A stretch of 62,939 nt of DNA, counting the filler, from Neolecta irregularis DAH-3 (lineage: Eukaryota), in the NCBI GenBank assembly GCA_001929475.1. It is 4 parts of 4 records of this genome, joined end to end, with 100 filler letters (N's around TTAATTAATTAA, not from the genome) between each part and the next. Parts side by side here need not be neighbours in the genome. Positions count along the whole stretch, not along the records: positions 24,660 to 54,776 come from LXFE01000678.1; 3 more parts are not named here. One strand, written 5' to 3'. Positions 24,560-37,245 of the stretch are shown here, piece after piece. Position numbers and translations under genes: made by a program. Each line of letters begins with the position of its first letter. Positions within the stretch are counted from its first letter, which is position 1. A model generated the notes under the pieces. It made no database searches and was not told where the DNA came from. It was given only the letters and a program-made list of their open reading frames with translations.

Positions 24560-24659
24560 NNNNNNNNNNNNNNNNNNNNNNNNNNNNNNNNNNNNNNNNN
24601 NNNTTAATTAATTAANNNNNNNNNNNNNNNNNNNNNNNNNNNNNNNNNNNNNNNNNNNN
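24560..24659. other. Artificial scaffold spacer: N-run with TTAATTAATTAA linker
   Basis: The linker gives stops in all six frames. The same structure occurs at 54777-54876 and 61080-61179. Confidence 0.95.
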
Positions 24660-24995
24660 GGATAGACAGAGGGGAGGATAGAGGGAGGATAGAGGGAGGA
24701 TAGAGGGAGGATAGAGGGAGGATAGAGGGAGGATAGAGGGAGGATAGCGTGGATAGGGAGAGGGAGGATAGACAGAGGGGGGATAGACAGAGGGAGGATA
24801 GGGATAGTGGATAGGGACAGGGAGGACAGAGGGAGATAGGGATAGTGGATAGGGACAGGGATAGGGACAGGGAGGATAGACAGAGGATAGGGATAGTGGA
24901 TAGGGACAGGGATAGGGACAGGGAGGACAGAGGGAGATAGGGATAGTGGATAGGGACAGGGATAGGGACAGGGAGGACAGAGGGAGGATAGGGAT
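24660..24995 (+). repeat. Purine-rich minisatellite (GGATAGAGGGA units, then GGGATAGTGGATAGGGACAG variants)
   Basis: Tandem 11-mers followed by higher-order units of about 50-55 nt; almost all purines on the plus strand. Confidence 0.9.
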
Positions 24996-25019
24996 ATAAC
25001 CTCCCAAGCATCCCGTTCT

Positions 25020-26093
25020 ATGCACATATCCACTCAGGGCTCCCCCTTGCGCCGCCGCACAGTCGCCTTCGTCTGTCCCTCTGCTCGTCCTCCGCTTTCC
25101 GCCTGCTCCGACGAAGAAATCCTGTTTGTGCCCCGGCTGTCCCGCAGCAAGCATCCACCCGATGTCGACGATGTTTCCCCGGACGATGTTTCCGGCGGCT
25201 GTACCTCGGTCCCTCGATACAAGTCAGTCCCTTCTCGATATAATTCTCCCCTCGACGACTATATTTCAGTCTTTCCCCCCTCTGCTGCCCTGACCGCTAG
25301 AACACCATGGCCGCCAGCCCCCCCGACCCCCCCGTTGCAAGCTTTGCCCTCTTTCTGCCCTCGGACAACAATCTCTATCTCTCCGGCGACGACGAGCCGA
25401 ACGAGAGCCTTGCTCACGCCGCCTGGAACGACCCCTCAGACTCCTCCGCTTCTCCCTCCATACAGGGTCCCTTCACATACGCCTGCCCCATCGATCCCTC
25501 CGAATCGGATTCCTCCGACAGGCAGTGGACTAGATTCAAACGCCATCGCCCCCACACCAAAAGATTGCATCGCAAAAAGAAACCCGATAGACCCACTCTA
25601 GACCTTGCGCGCATAAACTCCCAAATCCGAGAATTCATCCACAGCGACAACCACACGCAAGCTCCCATTCACACCCAATCTAAAAACAAGACTCGTGCTT
25701 CCTCCCATGGACCGTGCTTCCAGAAAAATAATCCATCTCCTCGCGCTAGCCTACAACCTCAAATCAAAATCTTCCGGCTCCGGAGCCCGCCGCCGTCCAT
25801 CCCTCATCCGCACACCCCGAACCACCTACTCCCCCAACGAACAAATGATCGCCTCAATCCTCAAACGAAAACACTCCCACAATCCTTCCCCACATAAAAT
25901 CAAACCGTGGATACGGGACGGCGAAATAGTAGGCAACGGCGCCCCTGAAATCGCACAAAACAATAAAGGACGACGCATGCTCGAAAACTTGGGCTGGAAA
26001 TCAGGTATGGTTCTAGGAACTTGTAATGCCCAGAGCGGAAATTTACATCCCATTCAAGCCATCTTTAAAAATAATAAATTCGGTCTGGGATAA
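25020..26093 (+). CDS. SQS1: R3H + G-patch protein (Sqs1-like); introns 25269-25300 and GC-AG 25657-25690; 5' end uncertain
   Basis: LRRRTVAFV, R3H LPPMDRASRKIIHLLA.AYNLKSKSSGSG..R, G-patch GEIVGNGAPEI..NNKGRRMLENLGW.SG..LG. Confidence 0.8.
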
Positions 26094-26157
26094 TATTTGC
26101 TTATAGCATAACTATGTTATTATGTTATTATACAAGATATTCATTATATTCATTATA

Positions 26158-27748
26158 TCACCCTTTTTTAACCGTTCTTTTTACCCTTTTCCGTTTTTTG
26201 ACCCGCGTTTCTAGTGTTTTGGTTGTGGTGGCTGGAGGTAGTAGGCCTGCGTCTCGCATCATTTCAGCCAGTTCTTCATCTTGAGAAAGAATAGAGTCTG
26301 CGTTCGTTTTTGTCGATATAGATTCAGAACTGGATCGATCTTGGGAATCCAATAGTGTCGTGATATCTTCATCTCTCTTATCTGTCAATACCTCTGATTT
26401 ATCTTCATCTCTCTTATCTGAGAATACCTCTGATTTATCTTTCTTATCTGAGAATACCTCTGATTTATCTTTCTTATCTGAGAATACCTCTGATTTATCT
26501 TCTCTCTTATCTGAGAATACCTCTGATTTATCCGCGAATACCTCTGATTTATCTTTTCTCTTATCTGAGAATACCTCTGATTTATCCGCGAATACTTCCT
26601 TGGTGATACTAATTTTCGGATCCTCATTCATATTCACATCACCCAATTTCAGTTCCCACCTTGGTACAGAAACAACCTTGAGATGTTTCTTACTTTTCGC
26701 ATGTGACTCAAACTGCTTTTCGGTTTTGAAATATTTCCTACAGGCGACACATTCGTAGAGCTCGGATACCGGTGCTTCAGATTCATCCTCGTGTATTGAT
26801 TCATCATCTCCACACTTGGTCCAATCAAGTTCCTTGTATTCGCCAAGACTCGCTTGAAACGCAGCTTTATCCCGCACAGCTTGGTTTTTAGACGCTGCTA
26901 ATAATTCCCTCTGTCGTTGTTTTTCATCCACATATTGCGCTTTGTACCTGGGATCGCGTTTCTTGATAAATGCCACCAGAGACTACCGTAAATAAATTTC
27001 GCTAAACAACACACCCGAATGGTATCATTGTACTCTTTCTTCTCTCCATCTCGAACCCGCTTGTTCTCCTTCTCCATTGCTCTCTTGTTTCTCCGGTCTG
27101 GCGCATCCCGGTATCGATCACACCACGAAAAACTCTTCTCCGAACTAAATGATCCCCATGCTGTATAAAATCCCCGCAGTTCGTTACTTGTACTCGTGCC
27201 AAAGGAGGGATATCCCCGGTAACCCACTCCAACGGACTCACATGCCACTTCTTCCTCTGCAGAAAGCTGATCGAAAAGGCTCCGAAAGCGAACGTAGAAC
27301 CCCTTTCAAGTTAGAATAAAATCTGGGAAATAAAACTTTGGCAGAATCATCGTATTTTCCCAATTTCGTAGAATCGAAAAAGGGTAATAGATCATCAGTC
27401 GATATTCCTGAAACATCCCTAGATACCCCGCCATCATGACTTTCTCCTCGGAGAATTTGCTTTCCTCGTTAATCGGGAAAACAGTAGAATTCAAACTTGT
27501 CTGTGTCCATCATACCACGCCCTCTCTGTATCATCCGACAAAACTTCATAAGCTGCTTGAATTTCAGAGAATCTTGAAGTCGCAGTCTCGATGTCTTGTG
27601 TATTCTTGTCCGGATGCCAGGCTAAAGCTTGTTTCCTATACGCTTTTTTTATTTCATCCGACGACGCATTACGCTCGATTTCTAAAACGTTGTAGTAACA
27701 CCGTCGTTCATTTTGCAGGTCTGTTTCCTCAGATGCTGCGTTGCCCAT
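26158..27748 (-). CDS. JJJ1: J-domain + C2H2 zinc-finger co-chaperone (Jjj1/DNAJC21)
   Basis: [66 protein letters not shown]. Confidence 0.9.
26368..26595 (-). repeat. Coding tandem repeat inside JJJ1 encoding about 7 (D)[10 protein letters not shown] units
   Basis: Repeated gaatacctctgatttatc on the plus strand; units of 21-36 nt, all multiples of 3. Confidence 0.9.
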
Positions 27749-27858
27749 ATGTATCGCCCGTGTTTATTTTTGACAGGTCACAGGCGACGTCGTCGCGAAC
27801 CAAACTTTACCTTGAAACGACAGCAGCAACATCAACATCGGCTCCTCCAATTATCAGC

Positions 27859-29726
27859 ATGAGCATTAATTTGAAAATGCTCTTCTTTGAATCTCGAGCA
27901 GCGTCGTTTCGTCCAGTCGCTACTGGTTCACGGAAAAAGGCACCGCAGCAATGGCCCCATGAATCTCCCACACCTGAAGCAGTATCAATTTGATTCGCAT
28001 TAGTTGCTGATCTTGCGGAATAGCTTGCAAACGCTGGGTTCTATTATAAACCCCAGACCGATTCTAACGATAACGTTGTCTGTTTTATGTGCAAGAAGAA
28101 TCTCAATGGGTGGGTCCCAGACGACGATCCTATCCAAGAACACTATATCCACGCTCAAGAATGTCCATGGGCAGTCACCTGTCACTGTCGACAAGAAGCC
28201 TTGCGAGTCAAAAAGGCTCGCGACAACGACGAAGCGGTCACACTCGATCACGATGTCAAGAGCGACACATTCCTTGAAGCTAGGGAAAAGACATTTGGTA
28301 ACATGTGGCCTCATGAAAAGAAAAAAGCCTGGGTCGGGAAATTGAAAAAGGTCTGTGGTTCATATGAAGAAACTAATGAAATTGCAGATGGCACAAGCCG
28401 GCCTCTACTTCACACCGACACCCACCTCTGATGATTTCGTCTGCTGCGTATACTGTGAGCTCGGCCTTGACGGCTGGGAACGACAGGATGATCCATAGTA
28501 ACAAGACGCGAAAGCAGGGCTAATTCGTTAGTGAAGAGCATCAAAAAAGGAGTCCCGATTGTCTATATTTCAACTCAACCACAGGCCACACTAGCCCAGT
28601 AGCTGAAGTCAAACCAGTGATACAAACGGGAAAGACTGGTAGCAAAAAAGACCCGAATTCAGTGAGTAGCTTGTCAGACCCCACATCTTTAAAAGGTTCT
28701 CCGTCATCGTCAATAAAACCAACAAAAGAGGCGCTAAATCCGAGAAAGCGCAAATCCAGTCTCATTTCCGGTTCTCCTTCATCTATGAAATCGTTCGGGT
28801 CGCAACATAAGCGTCGCAGAGCTCCAAGAGACTCTGCTGCTTCCACCATAACCGAGAATGACATTGTACAGAAGAAAACACGGGGTCGGAAAGCCAGAGT
28901 AATTTCCCTTGATGAAGATGAAGATGACGAATTGCCCCGGAAAACAAGATCGAGTCTAAATGCTCCTGAAAGGCGGTCATCGAGACGGATCTCTGGAAGG
29001 AACGCTACCAAAACTATTGAGAACTTTACCTCTGGATCAAAGAAAGGCGCCAAGAACACGCAAAGTACTCGTATATCAAATTCACACCCAGAGGTTACCA
29101 CTAGTAAATCGCCGCCACCGATTTTCGAGAAAGCCGAAATTAGCCTCCTTCCTATCCATGAATTTACAGAAACCGAAGATCAGGCCGAATCCGTTGGCCT
29201 TGGACCAGGAGTATCACAGAAAAAGTCTACGATAAAAGATCTGATTCCAGAACATCCGGAAATGCTCCCAGTCGCTTCGCCTCCAAAAGCCGTCTCAAAA
29301 TCATCATTCAAAGGAAGCCTCAAGGAAATTTTATCGGTTTCGAATTCTGGAAAGATAGACAGTATTAGCACGGAATCAGACAAGCAAGATAGCGATCTAC
29401 CAGAGAGCCAGTTTTCAGACGCTTTGCATAATTCAGAAGAATTTTCCAACTCTGCAATAGTTGTAACTAATGAATCTTCATCATCTCCCGATGACCATCT
29501 GTCCTGGAATCCAGTCGACCCAGTAACCCTTTTCGAAATTCCAGATCTAATACCGCAAGAACTGTTGTTCACAGAATCAGAGCTCGATATGGCCGTCTCG
29601 AGATATATTATGTATACAGGCGAAAAAGAAGTGGAGGCAGTTTCTCTTAAATTTGATAAAATGATTGAGAAACTACGTAATTATGGTGATGCTGCTGTCG
29701 CGGGACTGGAAGGACTCGGTCGCTGA
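27859..29726 (+). CDS. BIR1: Bir1/survivin-like chromosomal passenger protein (two BIR domains)
   Basis: WPHESPTPEALANAGFYY.P....DNVVCFMC..NLNGW.PDDDP..EH....CPW. Second BIR MAQAGL.F.PT...DD.VCCVYCELGLDGW..DDP..EH..RSP.C. C-terminal survivin-like tail. Confidence 0.88.
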
Positions 29727-29832
29727 GCAACTAGTAGCTGAAATGTATATAAAGATGGGGTTTCTTTGCCAAACAAGGAATTTGGGTGTTTTGTCATGTG
29801 TAGTCTTATGTACTCCTTGCTTTGCTTGCAGT

Positions 29833-31353
29833 TTAGAGCCTTTTGATGTGATAACTCTTCAATTTGACAAATGGATCAAAAGCAAGAATGCTGAGAGTGG
29901 CTCCTCTTCCACTTTCTTTCCATCCAGTCCATGCAAGTGAAGGATCCTGATCCATCAGTCAATTTATAAGCCACAAGGTTACCGGGTAGTCTGCTCGGTT
30001 GACAAAGACTGTACCAGCCTCAACCTGATCGCAAAGTTCAATGGCCTTTGCTTCATCTGCAGTCCAGATAGATGCGGTCAATCCATATTTGGAATCATTC
30101 ATATGCTTGATAGCTTCCTCGTCGTCTTTGACTTTCATAACGGGCATGACAGGTCCAAACGTTTCTTCTTGCATGATTTCTGCCAATCAGAACCATCAAT
30201 GACCGTTATCACTTGTGTCATTTCTGACATTCACTAAAAGGCAAGGAGCAACAAATGTTCCTCTTCCATCATCTTTTGGGAAATGAACTCGGGGAATTAA
30301 GCTTCTTGCACCTTGTCTAATGGCATCTTCAATTTGCAAGCGTATTGTGTCGGCAGATTTTTGACTTACAACCGGGCCAAGCATGGTACTCTCGTCTGCG
30401 GGGTCGCCCAGTATGTATCCCTGAATGATGAGAAAAGTCTGTCTTGGACAATACCTCGATTTCTGCTTTTGCCATGCCGACAAATGTGTCATAAATACTT
30501 TCGTGAACATAAACTCTTTCTATAGAGCAACAACTCTGGCCAGAATTGAAGAGAGCCCCCTCGACAACTTCCGGGACTACTTTTGCGAGGTCGGCATCAG
30601 ACCTGATATATGCAGGATCTTTTCCACCGAGCTCCAAGTTTACACTTATAAATCGATCACAAGCGGCTTTAGACAGAGCACGGCCAGCGGCGACTGAGCC
30701 TGTAAAGCAAACTAAACTGACTTTGTCATTTTTCACAAGATTTTCAAGCTCATGGAGAGTATTCGTATGAATTACAGTAAATACTGCCTCTGGAAGTCCG
30801 GCTCTCTTGAGAAGTTTAGAAATTCTTTCACCCACAAGAGGGGTCTGGGGTGAAACTTTGAAGAGAACTGTATTCCCGGCTAAAAGAGCGGGAAAAAATG
30901 TATTGATTGCCACAAGATACGGGTAATTCCATGCTTTGTCATTCAGCAAAGCAAAGAGGAGTATACCATACTTGAAACGATAAGGGCTACTCCTACTGGG
31001 ACTTTTTTGATCCATTTATTTATGTTTTGCTCCTGCCCCGCGTCAATGTCTCGTAGCGAAGTCTCGGCTATGTCTAGCAGAAAGCGAGCGCGCTTCATCA
31101 TGGTTGTAATCTCGCTCTTACAATAACGGGCCGGTCTTCCCATCAACATGGAAATCTCTTTTGCCGCATCGTCAATGTCTTGGTCTAGAAGAACGAGGAA
31201 CTTTTCGAGCCATTGTTTCTTCTGGCCTAAAGATATCGTTTTGTATGATTGAAAAGCGGCGGCGGAAGCGGCCAAGGCATCTTGCAAATTGCTGGTCTTG
31301 TGTACGCAGACAGGATTTCCTGTCACCGGGGAAATGGTAATAATTTCAGACAT
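29833..31353 (-). CDS. NAD(P)-dependent aldehyde dehydrogenase
   Basis: WNYP, FTGSV..G, LELGGKDP, FNSGQSCC, MQEETFGPV, NDSKYGLTAS. Confidence 0.92.
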
Positions 31354-31583
31354 TGGCGCAAACTTTTTGCGCAAGATTTCTTGGAATGGCCAAACAGAGG
31401 TGTGTTGGATCTGGAAACGTGTTTGGTTCCTCCACTATGGAGAGAAGCGGTAATTTATTTAAAATGCTTTCTAGAATACATTCAAATCGTTTCCCCACCT
31501 TTGTGGAGTATGATATTCGTCATGGTCGAATGGTGACTGTCGAGTCCCTACCACGAGCTAACGGCTGCTTTTTTCTGTTTACT

Positions 31584-32537
31584 ATGAACCACACTGACCT
31601 GTCTCTCAAACGACCTATGGAGGAAGCTCCTGCGGCCAGCAAACGACTACGAACAGAAAACCAGGGTCTTCTACAGCCAGGACAGCCCATGGGACCGCCG
31701 AGAACTGCTCGTATGTCATTCTATTGAGCCGGTGATTCTGATTCTGGTAGCATTGAAGCACGTTCTCTGCATTCATTTCTTTGTCGAAATTAACCTCACA
31801 GTATTAAATCAGGCACAAACGACCTACAGGACGCTCTGCATTCCGCCGGAGTGGACGTTCGGGCAGAAGAACTGAATCTCACTTCCTCGTTGCACCTCTC
31901 ACAGTCATCAAGTTATATCGACAGATCGCGGCATTCAGACTTTCTAAACCACCAGCCGCTGGCTCTCAATATCGACAAGGTCATCGCTCAGCATGGCCTG
32001 CGGAGTTTTGAGTCTGACGTGCCCGTGTTACTGGCCCTAGGACTTCAAGACCGTCTCCGGAAACTGCTTGTTCAAATGATTCTTCTAGAGAAACATCGCA
32101 CACTGCCTGTTGCCGTACAGAGTGATTGGGTGGGGGATACTCTGCGGAAATTGGAAGAACGAGATCGGTCATGGATAAGCAAGCAGACCCCGGCCGCCAG
32201 CGCCTCAACAGATAGGGAAAAGGGAGGAAAGAATATATCAGAGACCGCGCTCCACCGCCAAGCAAATGTAACCGCTCTACAGGCCACTGGAGGGCAAAAG
32301 AAGTATAGTTGGATGACATCTGGAGGATCAGGAGGCGGAGCAAACGCAATCTCGACTCCTCAACGCCGGAAAAAGGTTGAGATTAAAGAATACAAGGAAG
32401 AGACTGGACAGGTTACTATTAAAGACGCTCTGATGACGATGGAGATGGATCGAGAAGGCAATGGGTTAATATCTGGCCATGGTGGCAAAAGCGTAATGGA
32501 AGCCTGGATGAAGCTGCCAGGTGGCAGTTCGAGATAA
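31584..32537 (+). CDS. TAF4: TFIID subunit Taf4 (histone fold); includes an inferred 7-nt micro-exon 31751-31757
   Basis: DLQDALHSAGVDVRAEE, HRQANVTALQATGG.KKYSWM, VTIKDALMTME.DRE. Confidence 0.8.
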
Positions 32538-32743
32538 TTCACCCTGTAGTTTGATACGAATGCCATTTAATCAAGCGAGAACACGAAAGAAAGAGAACTG
32601 GTACTCTGCTATATTCGCTATCCAGCCAATTTTTGAACCCCGACTTCCCCGTCGTGTGGTTTTTCATTGACCATAATCAACGAGACCACCGGGCGTGCTA
32701 TGCCGGAAGACTCTCCACTATTAGCGAGCCACAGACACTACGA

Positions 32744-34458
32744 ATGAAGTTCGGAAAGACTCTGGAGAAAGCTCTTGAAGAAGATGACATCCCTGAAGAA
32801 TGGAAGACTGCCGCCATCAACTACAAGGCTCTAAAAAAATGCATCAAGAAAGTACGGTTTTCAGGCTACTGCATTCTGATACAATATCAAGGTCTCCAAT
32901 GAACTTTCTCTATTGGGCCTGGATGCTTCTACGGTGAAAATTCTTGATGACGCACATGCGGCTATCGCAGATCATTTTCATCTTAAATATTCGTTTTCTG
33001 GTGATGCATGCATACCGGATAATTAGGCTAATGCCCTGGTAGATCCTTATGGGAACTTTCAACCTCATCCGCGGATTATCTTGACACTAGACAACACGTT
33101 ATCCGAAAACGACGATCTCCCCCCTCGAATTCGTGAATCCCTTGGAGAACTAATCTCAGTCAATCGACAAGACTCCTCATCTCTGCCAAATGATTCTGAT
33201 AGCGATGTAAGTGCTGATCACGATCCTGTTTTCGATATTTCGAGCAGCGATTCCAACATCTATGAAGAGTGCACTGATGAGTCGCACGGTCATATAGAGG
33301 AGAGAGACATGGTCAATGATATGGAAGAGATCTTGGGGATTCCAAGGTTGGAAGTGGGAAAGTATCTTTCGTTTTTTAAGGAAATTTATTCACCTCAGTT
33401 CCGTCACACATATTACAATCAGCCTGAAAACAGATGGCGAATTTTTCGGCATGTTAAAAAATGAACTTGATTTGCTCGAAAGCCTTCACGAACAGCAAAC
33501 CTCCATACTTACCTCCAACGTCGATTCGCTTAGTCGAGCTTTACCTATTGTAGCTGGACCTCCAGAGATGTGTAAATCCGATCTTTACGCTTGGAGAGAA
33601 ATTTTTCAGTGCTACATGTCATCTCAAGTATTCATTGTAACTAATGAGCGGTTCTCGGGCGAAACAAGCATCGAAGTAGCATCGGAACGGTTGGAATTAT
33701 ATTCGAAGCGATTGAAGGATTTGGGTTATGTATTCGAAATCTTGTTGACTGCTATCTAACATTTCAGCCCCGCAAGTTCAAGCTGAGCAAAAGCAAGTCT
33801 CTTTTGGAGGATTTCACCAGATTGAATATGGTGTTGCTTCTGAATTTGCGCTTTCAAAGTATCAACAAAACTGCAATGGACAAGATACTTAAAAAGTTTG
33901 ATAAGCGTACATTATTGGGGTTTGAAAATTTCTTTCAACATCCTTCTAATTACTGAGAGCCCGATCTTCGTTCATTGATACAATTTCACCCGGTTCTTTC
34001 CTCGCAGTGTCGTTTTCGAAATTTGTATGTTTTACAATGTCGAATCATTTGCTTTCTGTGGTTCCACAGCTTGACGATTACACATGTCCGATCTGTGCTT
34101 CGATCGTAATGAAGCCAAGTATACCATAGCAGCGCATAGTATGTCTGACTTGTAGTTCGACTTGGTTGTGGCCATACGTTCTGCGTTCGATGTCTTGTCA
34201 AATTACAACGTGCCCAAAAAGACAAGTGTCCGCTTTGTAGACGAGAGGTCGTGATGAGTGCTGACTCTCGTACGCTTCCTCATATCATTGCCTTATTGAT
34301 GAGCAGGAAATATCAACAAATCACTGCTAAATTTTCTTAATTCGTATTTCCCGATTGAAGCAAAGCGCAAGCAGGCAGAGAACGAGACAGAAGTTGCATT
34401 GGAGCAACTGGAAAGACTTGGCTTTGCGCCAGACAGAACTGGTTGTGCGTTGATGTAG
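32744..34458 (+). CDS. SPX-domain RING E3 ubiquitin ligase (Pqr1/NLA-like architecture)
   Basis: MKFGK...INYKALKKCIKK, INKTAMDKILKKFDKRT, RING CPIC...RLGCGHTFCVRC...KCPLCR. Ends GCALM*. Confidence 0.88.
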
Positions 34459-34496
34459 CAAGACGATCAGACAAGAAAGGCGGCGNNNNNNNNNNC

Positions 34497-34562
34497 GGCT
34501 TTGCGCCAGACAGAACTGGTTGTGCGTTGATGTAGCGAGACGATCGAGACAAGAAAGGCGGC
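34497..34562 (+). repeat. Duplicate of 34420-34484 across a 10-N gap (unmerged overlap or allele)
   Basis: Same sequence with an A>G change and a 1-nt indel. Confidence 0.85.
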
Positions 34563-34779
34563 TTTTGATTGATATTTTGCAGCTAAGTGGAATTTCGGTG
34601 ATTTGGATCTTTGAGGACTTACGGACGTCTGCATCTGGCATTCCTATGGATTTTGTTTTGTTTTCTCTGTGTGTTGTACTGTACATACAATTGGATTATG
34701 GTTATACTGGAGACCTAAAGTGAAATAATATTCAGAGTTCCCACCCTCATCATCGAGTTTCACCACCATCGTGATCATC

Positions 34780-35828
34780 ATGTCGCTTCTACCGCGACTA
34801 CTAAAGCCTGCCTATTTTCGTCCTTTTATTCAAAAGGTTATATACTATTGTTGCAAATTTTTAATATGATAGTGCTACACCTCTTCATCGTCCAGTAGTG
34901 CTTCCACGACCGATTCTAGAAAATGGGTTACTTTCGCTACGTGCGCAAGTGTTTCTTCGGTTCTCGGCCTGGGGCTTTATTATCAGGCATATGCAAATCC
35001 AATTAGCGCAACTACTGCAGCGGAAGAAGGTCTCCATCCCACACACTATCCCTGGCCTCAAAATTCGCCTCTATCCGGCTTTGATCACAAGAGGTACTTC
35101 ATTGGATATTGTAATTCAATATTGACCAAGCCAAGCCTCCGGCGGGGCTTCAAAGTATATCAAGAAGCATGCGCTTCATGTCATTCATTGAGTAGAATTG
35201 CCTGGCGTAATCTTGTTGGGGTTACGCATACGGTGGATGAGACAAAAGCTCTCGCAGAACAAGTCGAATACGACGATGGCCCAGACGACAAAGGAGAAAT
35301 GTTCAAACGTCCTGGGAAACTCAGCGACTATCTTCCTTCTCCATTTCCAAACGAGCAAGCTGCCCGAGCCGGCAACGGAGGAGCATTGCCGCCTGATCTA
35401 AGTTTAATCGTCAAAGCTCGTCACGGGGGATGCGATTATATATTTTCTATACTTACCGGATACGTCGACCCGCCTGTTGGTGTAAAGTTGGGAGATGGGC
35501 TTAACTTTAATCTTTACTTTCCTGGAACTGGAATCGCAATGCCCCGAATTTTGTTTGATGGTCTTGTCGAGTACGAAGATGGAACTCCTGCAACGACATC
35601 TCAGATGGCTTATGATGTCACAAATTTCTTAAACTGGGCTGCTGAACCTTGTTTAGAGGACTCAAAACGCAAGGTACCTCCCATAATTGATAGAATTCGC
35701 TAATAGTGAAGGGACTGAAGGCCGTTGTAGGATTCGCTGTCTTGTTCGGAATATCGATTTGGCTGAAGCGATTCAAGTGGATTCCTCTGAAAACCCGGAA
35801 GATTGTGTACAACCCACCAAAGATATAG
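34780..35828 (+). CDS. CYT1: Cytochrome c1, mitochondrial
   Basis: AEEGLHPTHYPW, RRGFKVYQEACASCHSL (CxxCH), PPDLSLIVKARHGG, GTPATTSQMA. Confidence 0.95.
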
Positions 35829-35949
35829 ATATACAGCAAATAATGAAATAAGCACGAGCTTTCGCATATTAAATAGTCAATTGCAACCCAACTCCCCATC
35901 CTGTGATGCGCAAATGCCTTCTAATAGACAGAATGATACAGAGATCATA

Positions 35950-37196
35950 TTAGCTTGCCTGGATAATCGCACGAGCAACCTTCTCGTCTGTCAATCTCTT
36001 TGACAAAATTCCTTTCAAACGGGTAACCAATTCAACTTTGGAACCTGTAACACAGATTTGGGGGTTGTTCTTGCGGTGCAGTTCGAGATTCTGCTTCAGG
36101 AATGGCAGCGTTAATACATCCACTGATTTTGGATCAGCCTTCAAGTTTTGCGGAATTTCAATGGCATATTGTGTATATCGACTGTTGAGGTAGTCTAAAC
36201 AACCTGAAGGAATACTGAGGTATCTAGCACAGCATTCATCTGCCAAGCGACGCAGTCCGAACATTGATAATGACGTTCCAGCAAGTGCGAGGGAAGAAAG
36301 TTTGATCATAGCTTTCAAAGGAACGCAGAGGTCATCGTTTATTCCTTGGTTTGACGAAACATCCAAGATTTCAAGGGTATGTCGATGGCATACAATATGA
36401 TGAAGTGCCTCGGTAGTGATCCCAGTATAAGAAAGGTTCAATTCACGAAGATTTGGAAGCAACCGAAGAAGGGAGACATCATCGTTAATGAGCGAAGAGC
36501 GGGACAAGTTCAGGTATTGTAGCTCGACATAAACCGACTTCTCAAACAGTGGTTGAAACAACAACGTTGCTGGTTTTTCGTGTGAACAATATGCTTTCAA
36601 TGAAGGAGTGAGATGGAGGGATGAAATTGGAGTTTGGGACAAGGCGTGTAAGAGTTTAGGCGTTAGAAATCCTAGAGTCGGATTTACGTAGCAATGATAG
36701 TGTACCTCTCAGTTCTAGCCATTCGAAGAGTTCGCGGTCATTACTGACTCCTTTCTTGAGATCAAGATCTAATTCAGCGAATACAGAAGGCGATAATTCT
36801 TCTGCGAATATATCACGTTCTCGGGAAAGGCCAACTGGGGAGTTCTCCACGAAATCTTCTTCCTTTTTAACTTCTTCGCCTTCATCTTAACTCAGTGAGA
36901 GTTTGACAAATAAGAGTACCGTCGTGTTCCGCAGGACATGCAACACCAATGTTTTCTTGACCTTGATAAAGACTGTTTCTGCCGCGGTTTGTAAATGATG
37001 TTGAGATTGCGGGTTTAACAGAAGGTCCGCCGCTTGAACTTGTATTGATAGACTTTGAGGCAAATGGGACTCGTTGTGCTGCAACGTGAGTATTGTTTGA
37101 CCTTTTACGCTTTGCAAAGGGCTTATAATCGTTGTCCAAGCAGCTGTGTTCATCACTGGATTGGACAAGATGCGAGCTCGAGCGCTTCTTTGCCAT
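35950..37196 (-). CDS. Leucine-rich-repeat protein with a SAP-like C-terminal motif; 2 introns
   Basis: LQYLNLS, LRELNLSYTGIT, LEILDVSSN. C-terminal LKQNLELH...VTGSKVELVTRL. Confidence 0.7.
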
Positions 37197-37245
37197 CGAA
37201 ATAGCAGACCGGGTACAAGATGGTAGTGTTTCCTAAAATGTCGTC

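Noticed and set aside
24604-24615. TTAATTAATTAA palindrome recurring three times
   Set aside because: Always embedded in N-runs; an artificial six-frame-stop linker.
24604-25154. Three overlapping Pro/Ser/Leu-rich minus-strand ORFs
   Set aside because: By-products of the minisatellite running into Ns.
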